DNA of 63,603 bases, filler included. It is 3 parts of 3 records of this genome, joined end to end, with 100 filler letters (N's around TTAATTAATTAA, not from the genome) between each part and the next. Parts side by side here need not be neighbours in the genome. Positions count along the whole stretch, not along the records: positions 29,829 to 50,324 come from DRR723986_1347; 2 more parts are not named here. The stretch is one strand, 5' to 3'. Position 1 is the first letter of the stretch. Every line of letters begins with the position of its first letter. This document shows, one piece after another, positions 33,815-44,292 of the stretch. The notes under the pieces are model-generated. The model did no database searches. It was not told the DNA's origin and saw nothing but the letters and a program-made list of their open reading frames with translations. The position numbers were made by a program, and so were the translations under genes.

Positions 33815-34991
33815 CCTAAGCCACCTATGCCTCCTCGCCCTTTTTGCGCTCACATTAGCCTGCTCAGGTAAAGAAGAAAAAACCCAAACCTCCACGCCGC
33901 TTTCAGAACAAGCGTTAGAGTTTGAAATCTATGATTCGCTCGTGGTGGACTATCTCGGGAATCTCACCTTGATGGATATTAGTCCGGACAGAAACACTTT
34001 TTTGCTCTCTGACACCAATACTGACACGCTTTTCGTGACTAATTCTGCCGGAGAAATTCTTCACTATTACATGCTTAAAGGTGAAGGCCCAAACAACTAT
34101 GCGGGAAACCGAACTGGAATCGCCAAATTTTCAAGCAATTCTGAATTCCTTATCCCGACCTCGAGAGGGGTTTACTCCTATAATCTGGAAGGTGAATTAC
34201 TAAAAAACTACGAACCGGACTTTGCTTCCTCAGTCAGTTTGATCATAGGTGGAGCCAATAACAGTGTGATTAATGACAATAAATTTTATACAAATCTCAC
34301 TGGACGCAATTCTGAAAAATATGGTCACCAAGGGGTCGAATTTCAACAAAACTCAAAGCAGCTTGAAGTGTTAGATTTGGAAACAGGCTCATATTCTCCA
34401 CTAATCCCTTTCCCGAAAGCATCAAAATTCAGCAGTACTGAGAAGTCCTATCCTTTGCTAAACTATTATTTGAACTTAAGTGCTACCGAAGACTCCCTTT
34501 TTATAAACTTCAGAAATGAGCCAAAAATCTATGGATACGCTTTTGATCAGCTCGACTCGACTAGTGCTCCAAACTCCGTAAAATCAATCCCCTTTACTTC
34601 ATTTATAGAAAAGGTGCCGAAAGAAAACAGTAAAGAAAATTCATTTGATATTCGAGACTTCTTTCTTGGGACAATCAATAGCATTATCGCACTAGAGGAT
34701 AATCTCTTTTTAGTTGATTTCTTGGCCGGCTTGTCCGATGAAGACTATGAGGAAGCCAACTCAAATGCTGGAGGAGACATCAATAAAATATTTGACGAAG
34801 GCAGTAAATTCAATACACAAGGAAAAGTACTTTTTGATGGGACAAGCATCAGCACACTTATCTCCAAACCAGAAATATTAGGCAATCTGAATAAATACAT
34901 CACAAAAGACGAAATCTGGTTTTCACTTAATTTCTCGGAGGCTGAAAATGACTATTCGGTGATTTACAAAACAAGATTAGTTGAAAAATAA
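33807..34991 (+). CDS. Lipoprotein paralog 4
   Basis: TLAC lipobox, IYDSLVVDYLG, KGEGP and ENDYSVIYKTRLVEK. ATGA overlap. Confidence 0.8.
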   Translation: MKNLSHLCLLALFALTLACSGKEEKTQTSTPLSEQALEFEIYDSLVVDYLGNLTLMDISPDRNTFLLSDTNTDTLFVTNSAGEILHYYMLKGEGPNNYAGNRTGIAKFSSNSEFLIPTSRGVYSYNLEGELLKNYEPDFASSVSLIIGGANNSVINDNKFYTNLTGRNSEKYGHQGVEFQQNSKQLEVLDLETGSYSPLIPFPKASKFSSTEKSYPLLNYYLNLSATEDSLFINFRNEPKIYGYAFDQLDSTSAPNSVKSIPFTSFIEKVPKENSKENSFDIRDFFLGTINSIIALEDNLFLVDFLAGLSDEDYEEANSNAGGDINKIFDEGSKFNTQGKVLFDGTSISTLISKPEILGNLNKYITKDEIWFSLNFSEAENDYSVIYKTRLVEK

Positions 34992-34999
34992 CCCCATAA

Positions 35000-35033
35000 A
35001 AAATCCCGATTGAAATTCATCAATCGGGATTTT
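35000..35033. terminator. Bidirectional intrinsic terminator
   Basis: AAAATCCCGATTGA-AATTCA-TCAATCGGGATTTT between convergent genes. Confidence 0.85.
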
Positions 35034-35053
35034 AAAGGTCCATTCCAGTGAGG

Positions 35054-35644
35054 TTAAAATAATTTGAAACCCACCGAAAGGATCCACTGGTTCGTCCGTT
35101 GATCAGTACTGAAATTCCCCACATTGCTACTGAAGCTATTGAGAGAACTCTCGTACTTAGCATCAATAATCAGGTTGCCAATATCCAAACCTAGACCAGC
35201 TTGATATCCAATAGTAGCATCATCATATTCTACATCCTGAATCGTGTTACCTGCATCTTTCAGCTCAGAATTCACATTTATGCTAGCTATTGGGCCAGCT
35301 TGAATCCTCAAAAGATTAAACATCTTAAAGCCAACCATCACTGGAATATCCACACGATTAAAATCCGCTTCATATTGGTCAATTGCCCCGACCCCCTCAT
35401 CAAAGGAAAACTGCCCTTGAGTTTGCGTATACAGCACCTCAGGTTGCAAATAAAGTGGACCAAGGCCGATTCTAGCGAATAAACCAACATGGTAACCAAA
35501 TTTGGAATCACCGTTCTTAAATTGATCCTTTTTAAAGTCCAGGTTTGTTTGGCTCAGCCCAACTTTGGGACCTAGAGAAAAGCCCTGCGAATAGCCAGTT
35601 AGCGCAAATGCCAACAGAGCCAGAGAAAGAATAAGTTTTTTCAT
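35054..35644 (-). CDS. Small outer-membrane beta-barrel (porin family/PorT-like)
   Basis: Signal peptide, GPKVGL, GYHVGLF, LQPEVLY, IDIP-like motif and C-terminal LSVGFKLF. Confidence 0.8.
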   Translation of the reverse strand: MKKLILSLALLAFALTGYSQGFSLGPKVGLSQTNLDFKKDQFKNGDSKFGYHVGLFARIGLGPLYLQPEVLYTQTQGQFSFDEGVGAIDQYEADFNRVDIPVMVGFKMFNLLRIQAGPIASINVNSELKDAGNTIQDVEYDDATIGYQAGLGLDIGNLIIDAKYESSLNSFSSNVGNFSTDQRTNQWILSVGFKLF

Positions 35645-35881
35645 GATGTAGTATTTTTTGGTTTAGTAAGCTTAGTAACGAAGGATTTTAAGAAAAATTA
35701 GCAATTCCCTTGCCAACAAGGATAATTAAGTGGAAGGTTTGATGTAAAAAGTCATCAGCAATAAGTCTCAGTGATCAGTCGACAGACTCCAATGCTAAAG
35801 GAACATTCGGCTAAATTAGAAAAAGTCAGAAGTGCGACCTTCGTGAACTTAGCAGCTAAAAATGTAGATGGTATCATAAAT

Positions 35882-35910
35882 AAAAAAAGGAAGCCCGAAG
35901 ACTTCCTTTT
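35882..35910 (-). terminator. Intrinsic terminator after the NSS transporter gene
   Basis: AAAAGGAAG...CTTCCTTTT stem with a T-run on the minus strand. Confidence 0.7.
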
Positions 35911-35935
35911 CAATTTCTATATGAATGTATTGCAC

Positions 35936-37321
35936 TTAGGCTGCCTGAGCAGTACCAAATAAGCCAACCATATTCAGAATAAGTAGAATAATTACGATAG
36001 GACAAATCCACTTGACGAAGAACATCCAACCTGCTCTGAAAGGACCTTTGAAACTAGGAGCTCCCAATCTCAACTCATCCGCATAATCAGAGATTTTAGA
36101 AGCCCAGCCTGTGTAAAGCGCCAGCATCAAACAAATCACGATCACCGCAAACGTACCAAACACAAAATCCATGATTCCGAAGAAACCTTCGAGCCTATTG
36201 CCAAAGAAATTAATATGAAGTGAATTAAAGAAAGTGCCTGGAATCTGAGACAACGCAGATGGAACAGAAAGCGCCATGGCAGCCAAACCTATAGTCCAAG
36301 TTGCTTTTTTTCTACCCCACTTTCTGTCATCGATCATATAGGCTACTGGCACCTCAAGCATAGATATAGTAGAGGTCAATGCTGCTACCATCAGAAGAAT
36401 AAAGAACAAGGCTCCTACTACGTGTCCGCCTGGCATTGCGGCAAATACTTTTGGCAACACATCGAAAACCAATGCTGGACCTGCAGCTGGATCTTTTCCA
36501 GGAAGCAATGCAAATAGCGCTGGAAACACCATCAAACCACCCAATAAGGCGACTGAAGTATCCATACCTGCAATCCATCCTGCAGACTGTATAATGTTAG
36601 ACTTCTTAGGTAAATAAGAACCAAATGTGATCATCAAGCCCCAACCTACCGACATGGAAAAGAAAGCTTGACCAAGTGCCTGAAGTATAACAGCTGCATT
36701 AATTTTACTGAAATCTGGCTTTAAATAGTACTCGATGCCAGCTCCTGCGCCTTCCAAGGTAACTGCTCTGCCAGCAATGAAAATGATGATAATAAAGAGT
36801 ACTGGCATCAAGAATTTAGATGCTTTCTCAATACCTCCAGACACTCCACCCAAGACAATAAGGATGGTCATTAATATGAACAAAAATGTCAATGGAATCA
36901 CATACAGCGGTGTCTCCACAAACTCCGCAAAGTCAACTGGAACATTGATGATTTCTGTGATAATATAGCCTACGGTCCAACCAGCAATAACTGAATAGTA
37001 ACTAAAAACGAAAAAACATACTAGCACACAGAGAACGCCTGCAAGCTGCCAAAATTTATTTCCACCAGTGTCTCGTATAGCTCCGATTGGGTTTTTACCG
37101 GATTTTCTTCCTAGGGCTATTTCGTTAAATAGTAGCGGGAGCGCGATAAAAAGCACACACAGTATGTAAACAAATACAAAGGCGCCACCTCCATTTTCAC
37201 CCACCAAATAGGGGAATCTCCAAATGTTCCCAAGACCTACGGCAGAACCGGCTGCGGCCATTATGAATCCTAAACTAGAACCAAATTCGCCTCTTTCTTC
37301 GGTTTCGTTGATTGCTGCCAT
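35936..37321 (-). CDS. Sodium-dependent transporter, NSS/SNF family
   Basis: AAGSAVGLGNIWRFPY..GENGGGAF and GQAFFSMSVG. Confidence 0.95.
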   Translation of the reverse strand: MAAINETEERGEFGSSLGFIMAAAGSAVGLGNIWRFPYLVGENGGGAFVFVYILCVLFIALPLLFNEIALGRKSGKNPIGAIRDTGGNKFWQLAGVLCVLVCFFVFSYYSVIAGWTVGYIITEIINVPVDFAEFVETPLYVIPLTFLFILMTILIVLGGVSGGIEKASKFLMPVLFIIIIFIAGRAVTLEGAGAGIEYYLKPDFSKINAAVILQALGQAFFSMSVGWGLMITFGSYLPKKSNIIQSAGWIAGMDTSVALLGGLMVFPALFALLPGKDPAAGPALVFDVLPKVFAAMPGGHVVGALFFILLMVAALTSTISMLEVPVAYMIDDRKWGRKKATWTIGLAAMALSVPSALSQIPGTFFNSLHINFFGNRLEGFFGIMDFVFGTFAVIVICLMLALYTGWASKISDYADELRLGAPSFKGPFRAGWMFFVKWICPIVIILLILNMVGLFGTAQAA

Positions 37322-37361
37322 AAATTATTTTAAAGTTAAATTAGGGTAAATAAACTGCATT

Positions 37362-38279
37362 TTAAGAGCGGGCTAAGATAATTTGTTTTGCCAAAATACC
37401 AATTGCCGTTCGGAAACTTTTCGGTTCAAAACCAAGCTCTTCCCGAGCTTTTGTGATGATAAATCCCGTTTTTAAAGGTCTTTTTGCTGGCTGAGTAAAG
37501 GTGGTTGAATCTGCTCGTTTGATTAAATCTTTGTTCAGCCCAAAGTAATCGGCGGTGATATTTGCCATTTCATAAGGTGTCAAAAAGTCGGGCCCAGAAA
37601 TATTGTATATGCCTTCCGCTTCTTGCTCAGCTATCAAAATACATCCTGTCGCCAAATCCTCAGCAAGGGTTGGGGTGCGGAATTGGTCATCGACTACCTG
37701 AATCTCTTTTCCAGCTTCCAAAGAAGATTTCACCCAAAGAATAATATTCGTCCGGCTCATATCGTGAGCTATCCCAAAAACCAAAACGGTTCGTGCAATC
37801 GACCATTTGGTTTTGCAAGCCATCACCAGTTGTTCCCCTTGGAGCTTAGTCTCTCCGTAGTAATTTACTGGAGCAGCTTCAGCATTTTCATCCAATGGCC
37901 CTTCTTCTCCTGAGAAAATGAAATCTGTGGAAACAAAAATAAAATGAGCTTTTGCCACTTCTGCAGCCTTAATCAAATAAGCAGTCGCATTGACATTAGC
38001 ATCGTAGCAAGCTTCTTGGTTCAATTCGCACTGATCCACATGAGTCATTGCAGCACCATGAATAATTACATCCGGCTTGATCTCGCCAAGCGCTTTTTCC
38101 ACGCTAGACTCATCGGTGATATCAACTGAAACGTATTCGAAGCCTTCACCTGGCAGCCTGCATTCTCCTTTGCCACTAGCAAACACCTGAAAGACTCCCT
38201 TTTCCACCAATTGAGCGACAAGTTTCTGTCCAAGTAATCCATTCGCTCCAGTGATAAATACTTTCTTTTTACTTGTCAT
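37362..38279 (-). CDS. RmlD-like extended SDR (dTDP-4-dehydrorhamnose reductase family)
   Basis: ITGANGLLG, VSTDFIF, YYGETK and VVDDQFRTPT. Start taken at MTSKKK. Confidence 0.88.
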   Translation of the reverse strand: MTSKKKVFITGANGLLGQKLVAQLVEKGVFQVFASGKGECRLPGEGFEYVSVDITDESSVEKALGEIKPDVIIHGAAMTHVDQCELNQEACYDANVNATAYLIKAAEVAKAHFIFVSTDFIFSGEEGPLDENAEAAPVNYYGETKLQGEQLVMACKTKWSIARTVLVFGIAHDMSRTNIILWVKSSLEAGKEIQVVDDQFRTPTLAEDLATGCILIAEQEAEGIYNISGPDFLTPYEMANITADYFGLNKDLIKRADSTTFTQPAKRPLKTGFIITKAREELGFEPKSFRTAIGILAKQIILARS

Positions 38280-39114
38280 CTGGAAAGCTGTAGTCATAGT
38301 CTTTTTCAATTTTCTTACGGGACATTTTCTCTACTTTCACCGTCATATAAACTGTCTCAATTGGCTTATCTCTGGTGTTAGTAGCCACATTAGATATCTC
38401 TTCAGCCACTTCCAGCCCCTGGATCACTTCTCCGAAAACGGTGTATTCCTTATCCAAATGAGGCACTCCACCTACGGTGGTATATGCTTCAATTTGCTCT
38501 TTGGTAAATTCCTTCGTCAAATTCACATTCAGAGAGGACTCTAATTCATCTCTCATGGAAAGGATCATTGTAGTCAAACTATCATACTTCTGCTCATTGT
38601 AAAGGCGGATGTATTCATTCTTCAATTCTGCCTGACTGCCCAGCTCCATGTATTTCATCAGCGACTTTTGAAGCTCCTTCATATCAGTAGTCAATTCCAG
38701 TTCGTCATAAACCTTCCCTATAGTGATATAAAATTGCGAACCATTTGAGCGTCGCTCAGGATTAACAGAGTCTGGCTGCCTTGCCGCAGCAATCATCCCC
38801 TTTCTATGATAATACTTAGGTCTGATCTCAGCTGGCAAAGTCGGCCACTCCTGGGGAGGAAGATTTTCCTTCGTAAAAACGTCACCACCTTGAATCATGA
38901 AGTTCTTCATCACTCGCTGAAATTCTGTGGAGTCAAATCTTCCCGCTTCAGCCAATTCAATAAAATTGGATTTGTGCTCAGGAGTATCGTCAAAGAGTAC
39001 TGCCACGATATCCCCGTGGCTAGTCTTGATAGTGACTAAGTAATCTTTGCTTCCAGCACAGGAATACAAGCTGGCACAAAAAAAGAGAAAAAGTAAGGTT
39101 CTTAGAATTCTCAT
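38269..39114 (-). CDS. Cyclophilin-type peptidyl-prolyl isomerase (lipoprotein)
   Basis: LYSC lipobox, FQRVMKNFMIQGGD, NGSQFYI and HLDKEYTVFGEV. Confidence 0.92.
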   Translation of the reverse strand: MRILRTLLFLFFCASLYSCAGSKDYLVTIKTSHGDIVAVLFDDTPEHKSNFIELAEAGRFDSTEFQRVMKNFMIQGGDVFTKENLPPQEWPTLPAEIRPKYYHRKGMIAAARQPDSVNPERRSNGSQFYITIGKVYDELELTTDMKELQKSLMKYMELGSQAELKNEYIRLYNEQKYDSLTTMILSMRDELESSLNVNLTKEFTKEQIEAYTTVGGVPHLDKEYTVFGEVIQGLEVAEEISNVATNTRDKPIETVYMTVKVEKMSRKKIEKDYDYSFPDDK

Positions 39115-40040
39115 TTATTTAAAGTTGATTTGATTTGATCTAATATGACTTTTCCGCCTGCGGCAAAAACTTGGTCAGCAAGTTCCTGCCCTAACTTTTC
39201 TGGCTGGCTGGCATCTCCATTTACGACAATAGAAATCCGCTCTTTGCCGTCTAAGCTCACAATCCCGCCTTTTAGGCTAAGCTGGTCTTTTGTAATATTT
39301 GCTAGCGCAAAAACCGGTATGCTGCAACCCCCTTCCAATATTCTCAGATAAGCTCGCTCAGCACGAAGCCGTAAGGAGGTCTCTTGATGATTACAAGCAG
39401 CAGCGATTTTTGACTTCAATTCCGAATCAAGTATGGTTGCCACTTCGATGGCAACAGATCCTTGCCCGACTGCTGGAGTAAATTCATCCAAATCCAATTC
39501 CGCCACGATCATATGGTCATATTCCATGCGATGCGCACCTGCATAAGCAAGTAACAAGGCATCACAAAGTCCCTCCTCCATTTTGCGGATTCGAGTCTGT
39601 AGATTCCCCCTAACCTCCACTGTCTTCACATGTGGGTAAAAATGCTTCAACGTAGAAACGCGGCGAGTGGAAGAAGTTCCTAATACAACATCCTTCTTAA
39701 GAGAAACGGATTTGTCATGAGAGACAAGCACATCGTTTTCCTTTTCCCGCTCGGTGAAAGCAATGATTTCAAAGCCTTCTGGCAAATTAGACTGCATGTC
39801 CTTTGCACTATGAACGGCTATATCGATCCGGCCATCCAGCAATTGATCTTCCAATTCCTGCGTAAAAACACCTTTACTGCCAATTTTCGCAATGGAAACG
39901 TCAAGGATTTGATCACCTTTCGTATCAATGATCACTATCTCTGATTCCAGCCCGGCTTTTTGCAAAAGCTCCTCCACATGATAAGCCTGCCAAAGTGCTA
40001 ACTTACTTCCTCTGGTGCCTATTTTTACTACTTGACTCAT
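39111..40040 (-). CDS. hemC: Hydroxymethylbilane synthase
   Basis: [27 protein letters not shown] and GGCSIP. Confidence 0.96.
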   Translation of the reverse strand: MSQVVKIGTRGSKLALWQAYHVEELLQKAGLESEIVIIDTKGDQILDVSIAKIGSKGVFTQELEDQLLDGRIDIAVHSAKDMQSNLPEGFEIIAFTEREKENDVLVSHDKSVSLKKDVVLGTSSTRRVSTLKHFYPHVKTVEVRGNLQTRIRKMEEGLCDALLLAYAGAHRMEYDHMIVAELDLDEFTPAVGQGSVAIEVATILDSELKSKIAAACNHQETSLRLRAERAYLRILEGGCSIPVFALANITKDQLSLKGGIVSLDGKERISIVVNGDASQPEKLGQELADQVFAAGGKVILDQIKSTLNK

Positions 40041-40942
40041 TGACTCGAAATCTTTAATGGACGCTTATTTACGCCTTCTTCTATGAATTTTATTATGGAT
40101 CCAGCGACATCGATGCCCGTAGCTTTCTCTATTCCTTCTAGTCCGGGGGAACTATTCACCTCCAAAATCAGCGGGCCTCGGGCAGATTGAAGCATATCAA
40201 CTCCTGCCACATCCAAGCCAAGTGATTTGGCAGCAGCTAAGGCAGCAGCTTTCTCAGCCCGGCTTAATTTGATGACAGTTGCCTTGCCACCTCGGTGAAG
40301 GTTGGAACGAAACTCCCCTTCAGCTCCTTGACGCTTCATCGCTCCGACTACTTTCCCATTCACCACAAAAGCTCGAATATCTGCTCCTTTGGCTTCCTTG
40401 ATGAATTCCTGAACGATAATTCTTGCCTTCAATCCATGAAATGCTTCAATAACGGACTGGCTCGCTTTTCGCGTTTCTGCCAAAACTACCCCAAGTCCTT
40501 GCGTTCCTTCTAATAATTTTATGATCAAGGGCGCTCCACCGACATGCTCGATAATTTGTTTTTCTCCTCCTTTGGAGAAATTAGTAAAGGCTGTTTTGGG
40601 CATACCAAGACCTGCACTGGACATGATCTGAAGGCTACGCAATTTATCTCTGCTACGGACGATGGCTTGAGAATTCACCACAGAAAAAGTGCCCATCAAC
40701 TCAAATTGACGAACCACTGCCGTTCCGTAAAAAGTAACTGAAGCACCGATCCTAGGAATAACGGCATCTACTCCCAGTACTTTTTCTCCTTTATGAATAA
40801 TGGACGGACCATCTTGCTCAAGAATCAAATCACAGATGCTATGATTGACGATTATCCCCTCGTGGCCTGCTGCTTTAATCGCTTCCAGCAGGCGCTTGGT
40901 GGAATATAAATTTGGGTTTGTGGAAAGGATTGCAATTTTCAT
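40037..40942 (-). CDS. rimK: RimK family ATP-grasp glutamate ligase
   Basis: [37 protein letters not shown] and [13 protein letters not shown]. Confidence 0.95.
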   Translation of the reverse strand: MKIAILSTNPNLYSTKRLLEAIKAAGHEGIIVNHSICDLILEQDGPSIIHKGEKVLGVDAVIPRIGASVTFYGTAVVRQFELMGTFSVVNSQAIVRSRDKLRSLQIMSSAGLGMPKTAFTNFSKGGEKQIIEHVGGAPLIIKLLEGTQGLGVVLAETRKASQSVIEAFHGLKARIIVQEFIKEAKGADIRAFVVNGKVVGAMKRQGAEGEFRSNLHRGGKATVIKLSRAEKAAALAAAKSLGLDVAGVDMLQSARGPLILEVNSSPGLEGIEKATGIDVAGSIIKFIEEGVNKRPLKISSQ

Positions 40943-41116
40943 CTGTTAATAATTGATTTTTTATGATCAGATAGCCTGCCCCGATTTTTTTTTCGGGAGT
41001 ATCTCGCAATGGATAAGCATCTCTTTGGATATCGCTGGAATTATGCTCGATTTCATAAGAAAATTTTTAGGTAATAGGAGCCTTCAGCAAGGATTGTTAG
41101 GTAAATCTGACTTTGA

Positions 41117-41554
41117 TTATTTGTTCCGATAAGGTTTAGCCAAATTGATTTTGGATACATCTACAAGGAAGCGATTTTTGAGTATTTTCCGACCGAGAAG
41201 AATCGCATTTCTCATACTCGACCGATCGGATAGTGTGAACTCCGCCGAGTAACTTTCTCCAGCCAGTTCAAAGGTAGTCTCGATCAAATAACGAACCTCA
41301 GCATGACCGAAGGAGTTTTTTACTTTTTTCTCTCTGAACTCTTCAAAGGTAACTATCTCGCCGGTATAAGATTTATGTCCGGGAAGAAGTGGCTGAAACT
41401 GCAGCACTCGCTTTCCATTTACCTCTAATACTTCCAAATTCTCCGCATGAATACTGCTTGTGTAGGCTCCGGTATCGACTTTGGCCCAAACCAGCGACAG
41501 TCCTAAATCAGGAAGTGATACTTTCTCTTTTCTACCAATTACTTTTTGCTCCAT
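41117..41554 (-). CDS. RimK-associated retropepsin-like protease (RimB/'ATP-dependent Zn protease' family)
   Basis: AKVDTGAYTSSIHA and LSDRSSM...LLGR. Confidence 0.88.
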   Translation of the reverse strand: MEQKVIGRKEKVSLPDLGLSLVWAKVDTGAYTSSIHAENLEVLEVNGKRVLQFQPLLPGHKSYTGEIVTFEEFREKKVKNSFGHAEVRYLIETTFELAGESYSAEFTLSDRSSMRNAILLGRKILKNRFLVDVSKINLAKPYRNK

Positions 41555-41555
41555 A

Positions 41556-42698
41556 TCAGCTTATTTTCGCCATCAATCTGGTCACATTCATCGATAGATC
41601 TGTGAAGATGAATTTGGCGTTACCGTTTCGTTCCAAATGATAATGAGCAGTATTGAAATCACCATATAATTTCCCTACATGCTCCTCCTTGAGTATCTTA
41701 CCGGAAATATTATTGACGAATTTACGATCCTCGTCATGCGTACGTAGCAACTCCTCCAACCCTACATTTTTCAGCAAAATCTCACGAAGTACGTTTAATC
41801 CTGTGAGTAAAAGTGATTTTTGGGCTTCTTTATCCGACTTGTGAAAGTCATCCGCAAGTCCAAAAATACTTTTGAAATCAGCTTTATAGCAGGACAAAAA
41901 CCATTCTCTGATTTTTTTGACCTGGAGATCTTCTACCTGATCTACGAGTCGGTAGGCTTCACGCAGATTTCCATCGGCTAACATTGCTATCTGATCTGCA
42001 GATGCTTCGTCACAAAGTCCCTTCTCGAGCAAATGACTTTTGACTTCTTCATCAGAAAACCCCCGAATCGTAACCTTTTGAGTTCTGGAAAGTATCGTCG
42101 TCAACAACTGATCGGCAGCTCCAGTCACCAAAATAAAAAGCGTTTTAGGCTGCGGTTCTTCTAGAATTTTCAGAAGGGCATTTGCGGCAGAAGGGTGAAG
42201 AAATTCCGGTGACCAAATCATCATGATCTTATAGCCACCTTCAAAAGACATGAGTGAAAGTGCCTGTATAATTTTACGGGCTGCCCCTTTGGAGATATTT
42301 AACTGCTTCTTTTCAAAATTATTATAGTAGATGAAATCATGGACATTACCATAGGGCTGCTCCGTAGCAAACTTTCGCCAATTGGTCAATAGATCTGTTT
42401 TTTCATCGTCCTCTTTTTCCTTTTCATCCTCTTTACCCTTTGCAATTGTAGGAAATGCGAAGTTCAAATCAGGAACTACCAATCGACTCATCCGCTGGCA
42501 GGAAGCGCAGGTCCCACAAGAATCTGAATCACTTGGGTTTTCACAGTACAAATAAGTGCACAGCGCCAATGCCATAGTAAGATTAGCGGAGCCTTCCGGT
42601 CCATGGAATAGCAGTGCATGCGCCAAATGATTGTTTTTGACGGCATTGATGAGGTTTAATTTGGTTTCGGGAAGACCCGGTATAGCTGCGAATTGCAT
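41556..42698 (-). CDS. holB: DNA polymerase III delta' subunit
   Basis: HALLFHGPEG, Zn motif C..SCGTCASC, ANALLKILEEP and TILSR. Confidence 0.9.
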   Translation of the reverse strand: MQFAAIPGLPETKLNLINAVKNNHLAHALLFHGPEGSANLTMALALCTYLYCENPSDSDSCGTCASCQRMSRLVVPDLNFAFPTIAKGKEDEKEKEDDEKTDLLTNWRKFATEQPYGNVHDFIYYNNFEKKQLNISKGAARKIIQALSLMSFEGGYKIMMIWSPEFLHPSAANALLKILEEPQPKTLFILVTGAADQLLTTILSRTQKVTIRGFSDEEVKSHLLEKGLCDEASADQIAMLADGNLREAYRLVDQVEDLQVKKIREWFLSCYKADFKSIFGLADDFHKSDKEAQKSLLLTGLNVLREILLKNVGLEELLRTHDEDRKFVNNISGKILKEEHVGKLYGDFNTAHYHLERNGNAKFIFTDLSMNVTRLMAKIS

Positions 42699-42709
42699 GA
42701 ATTAATAAA

Positions 42710-43906
42710 TCAGGATGAGGTTTCCCAAATTCTATAGTTTTTGGACATTTCGAAAATCATACGTAAGATTTCTTGTTCTTCCGCATTCAACTCAAGTCCT
42801 CTTCTCGCCACTACGGCTTTTGCTGTCTCTAGAAATTTCGGGAACAAAAAGGTAGAGAATCCTTCCTCTCCACCCCAAGCAAATGAAGGGATAAATTTAC
42901 GCGGAAATCCTGGACCAAACACATTGGATCCAATGCCGACGACTGTCCCTGTGTTGAACATGGTATTAATACCACATTTGGAATGATCGCCCATCATGAG
43001 TCCGCAGAATTGCAAACCAGTATTGGAGTAATTCCCAACGGTATAATCCCAGAGTTTCACTGGGGAATAATTGTTTTTCAGGTTGCTGGTATTCGTGTCA
43101 GCTCCCATATTACACCATTCTCCGATTACAGAATTGCCGAGAAACCCTTCGTGACCTTTGTTGCTATAGCCAAAGATCACCGAGTTGGATAACTCCCCTC
43201 CCACTTTGGAGTGTGGGCCCACGGTGGTATCACCTTTTATTTTGGCTCCCATATTTACTGTAGAGCTTTCGCAAAGCGCAAATGGCCCACGAATCAAAGC
43301 TCCTTCTTGGATCTCGGTGTTTTTACCAATGTAAATTGGCCCGTTTTCCGCATTCAAAACCGCCGCTCTAATGACTGCCCCTTCTTCAACGAAGATGTTT
43401 TCGGGAGAATATACTTTAGTATGAGGATCTGTGATCTGCGCAGATTTTCTGCCTTTAGTCAGCATCTCAAAATCATTTTTTATCTCCGCTCCATTAAACT
43501 GGAAAATATTCCAGGTTTTCAATACTAATGTGGGTTCAAAATCGAGCTGGACAATTTCTTTGCCCTTCACTGCCACTAGATTTTTCTCCGTTTCGCCGAT
43601 ATAGGTTGCGATCAGGGTCTTTCCGAAATACAGCGCCTGAGTTGATGTAATGGATTTCAATACAGCTAGACTTCTAATATCTGGCAGCCAAGCACCATTT
43701 ATAGCCAGCGCTTTTCCAGATTTTCGAGGGTATTTCGTTTGAAGGTAGTCTTGGGTCAGAAATGAAACTGAAGCACCGGTGATCTTTTCCCATTTTTCCG
43801 ACACCTTCAGTATTCCTACGCGGATTTCCGCTACTGGTCGGGTAAAAGTAAAAGGAAGTAACGAGCCGCGAATAGCAGGGTCATCAAACAATAAAATTGA
43901 GTCCAT
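42710..43906 (-). CDS. Bacteroidota alternative GlmU-like nucleotidyltransferase/hexapeptide acetyltransferase
   Basis: LLPFTFTRPVAEIRVGI, hexapeptide repeats, NKGHEGFLGNS and GADTNTSNLKN. Start at MDSILLFDD. Confidence 0.85.
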   Translation of the reverse strand: MDSILLFDDPAIRGSLLPFTFTRPVAEIRVGILKVSEKWEKITGASVSFLTQDYLQTKYPRKSGKALAINGAWLPDIRSLAVLKSITSTQALYFGKTLIATYIGETEKNLVAVKGKEIVQLDFEPTLVLKTWNIFQFNGAEIKNDFEMLTKGRKSAQITDPHTKVYSPENIFVEEGAVIRAAVLNAENGPIYIGKNTEIQEGALIRGPFALCESSTVNMGAKIKGDTTVGPHSKVGGELSNSVIFGYSNKGHEGFLGNSVIGEWCNMGADTNTSNLKNNYSPVKLWDYTVGNYSNTGLQFCGLMMGDHSKCGINTMFNTGTVVGIGSNVFGPGFPRKFIPSFAWGGEEGFSTFLFPKFLETAKAVVARRGLELNAEEQEILRMIFEMSKNYRIWETSS

Positions 43907-43918
43907 GAGGCAAAAATA

Positions 43919-43956
43919 AAAAAGTCTCCCGGAATCCATGCTCCGGGAGACTTTTT
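43919..43956 (-). terminator. Intrinsic terminator after rpmE2
   Basis: AAAAAGTCTCCCGGA...TCCGGGAGACTTTTT, a perfect 15-bp inverted repeat. Confidence 0.85.
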
Positions 43957-43975
43957 AGCCTGAGATATAGAAGAA

Positions 43976-44221
43976 TTACTTCTTAGCGTATCTTCTGTTG
44001 AATTTCTCAACACGACCCGCAGTATCAAGCATCATTTTCTTACCTGTGTAGAACGGGTGAGACTGAGAGCTCACTTCGACCTTGAACAAAGGATATTCGT
44101 TGCCATCTTCCCAAGTGATAGTTTCGCTTGTTTCGATAGTTGACTTAGTAAGAAATTTAAACTCGCTAGAAGTGTCGTAGAAAACGACGTCTCTGTAGTT
44201 TGGATGGATATCAGCTTTCAT
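43976..44221 (-). CDS. rpmE2: 50S ribosomal protein L31 type B
   Basis: [14 protein letters not shown]...SHPFYTGK...[10 protein letters not shown], 81 aa, with no Cys zinc ligands. Confidence 0.96.
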   Translation of the reverse strand: MKADIHPNYRDVVFYDTSSEFKFLTKSTIETSETITWEDGNEYPLFKVEVSSQSHPFYTGKKMMLDTAGRVEKFNRRYAKK

Positions 44222-44260
44222 ATTATTGCTAGTTATTATGTACCTCTTTCAAATGAGGCA

Positions 44261-44292
44261 CAAAGCTAGGCTTTTTCACAAAACTCACCAAA
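44261..44292 (-). promoter_or_regulatory. Bacteroidota housekeeping promoter (-33/-7) of rpmE2
   Basis: The minus strand reads TTTG-N20-TAGCTTTG, matching TTTG-N19-21-TAnnTTTG. Confidence 0.75.
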
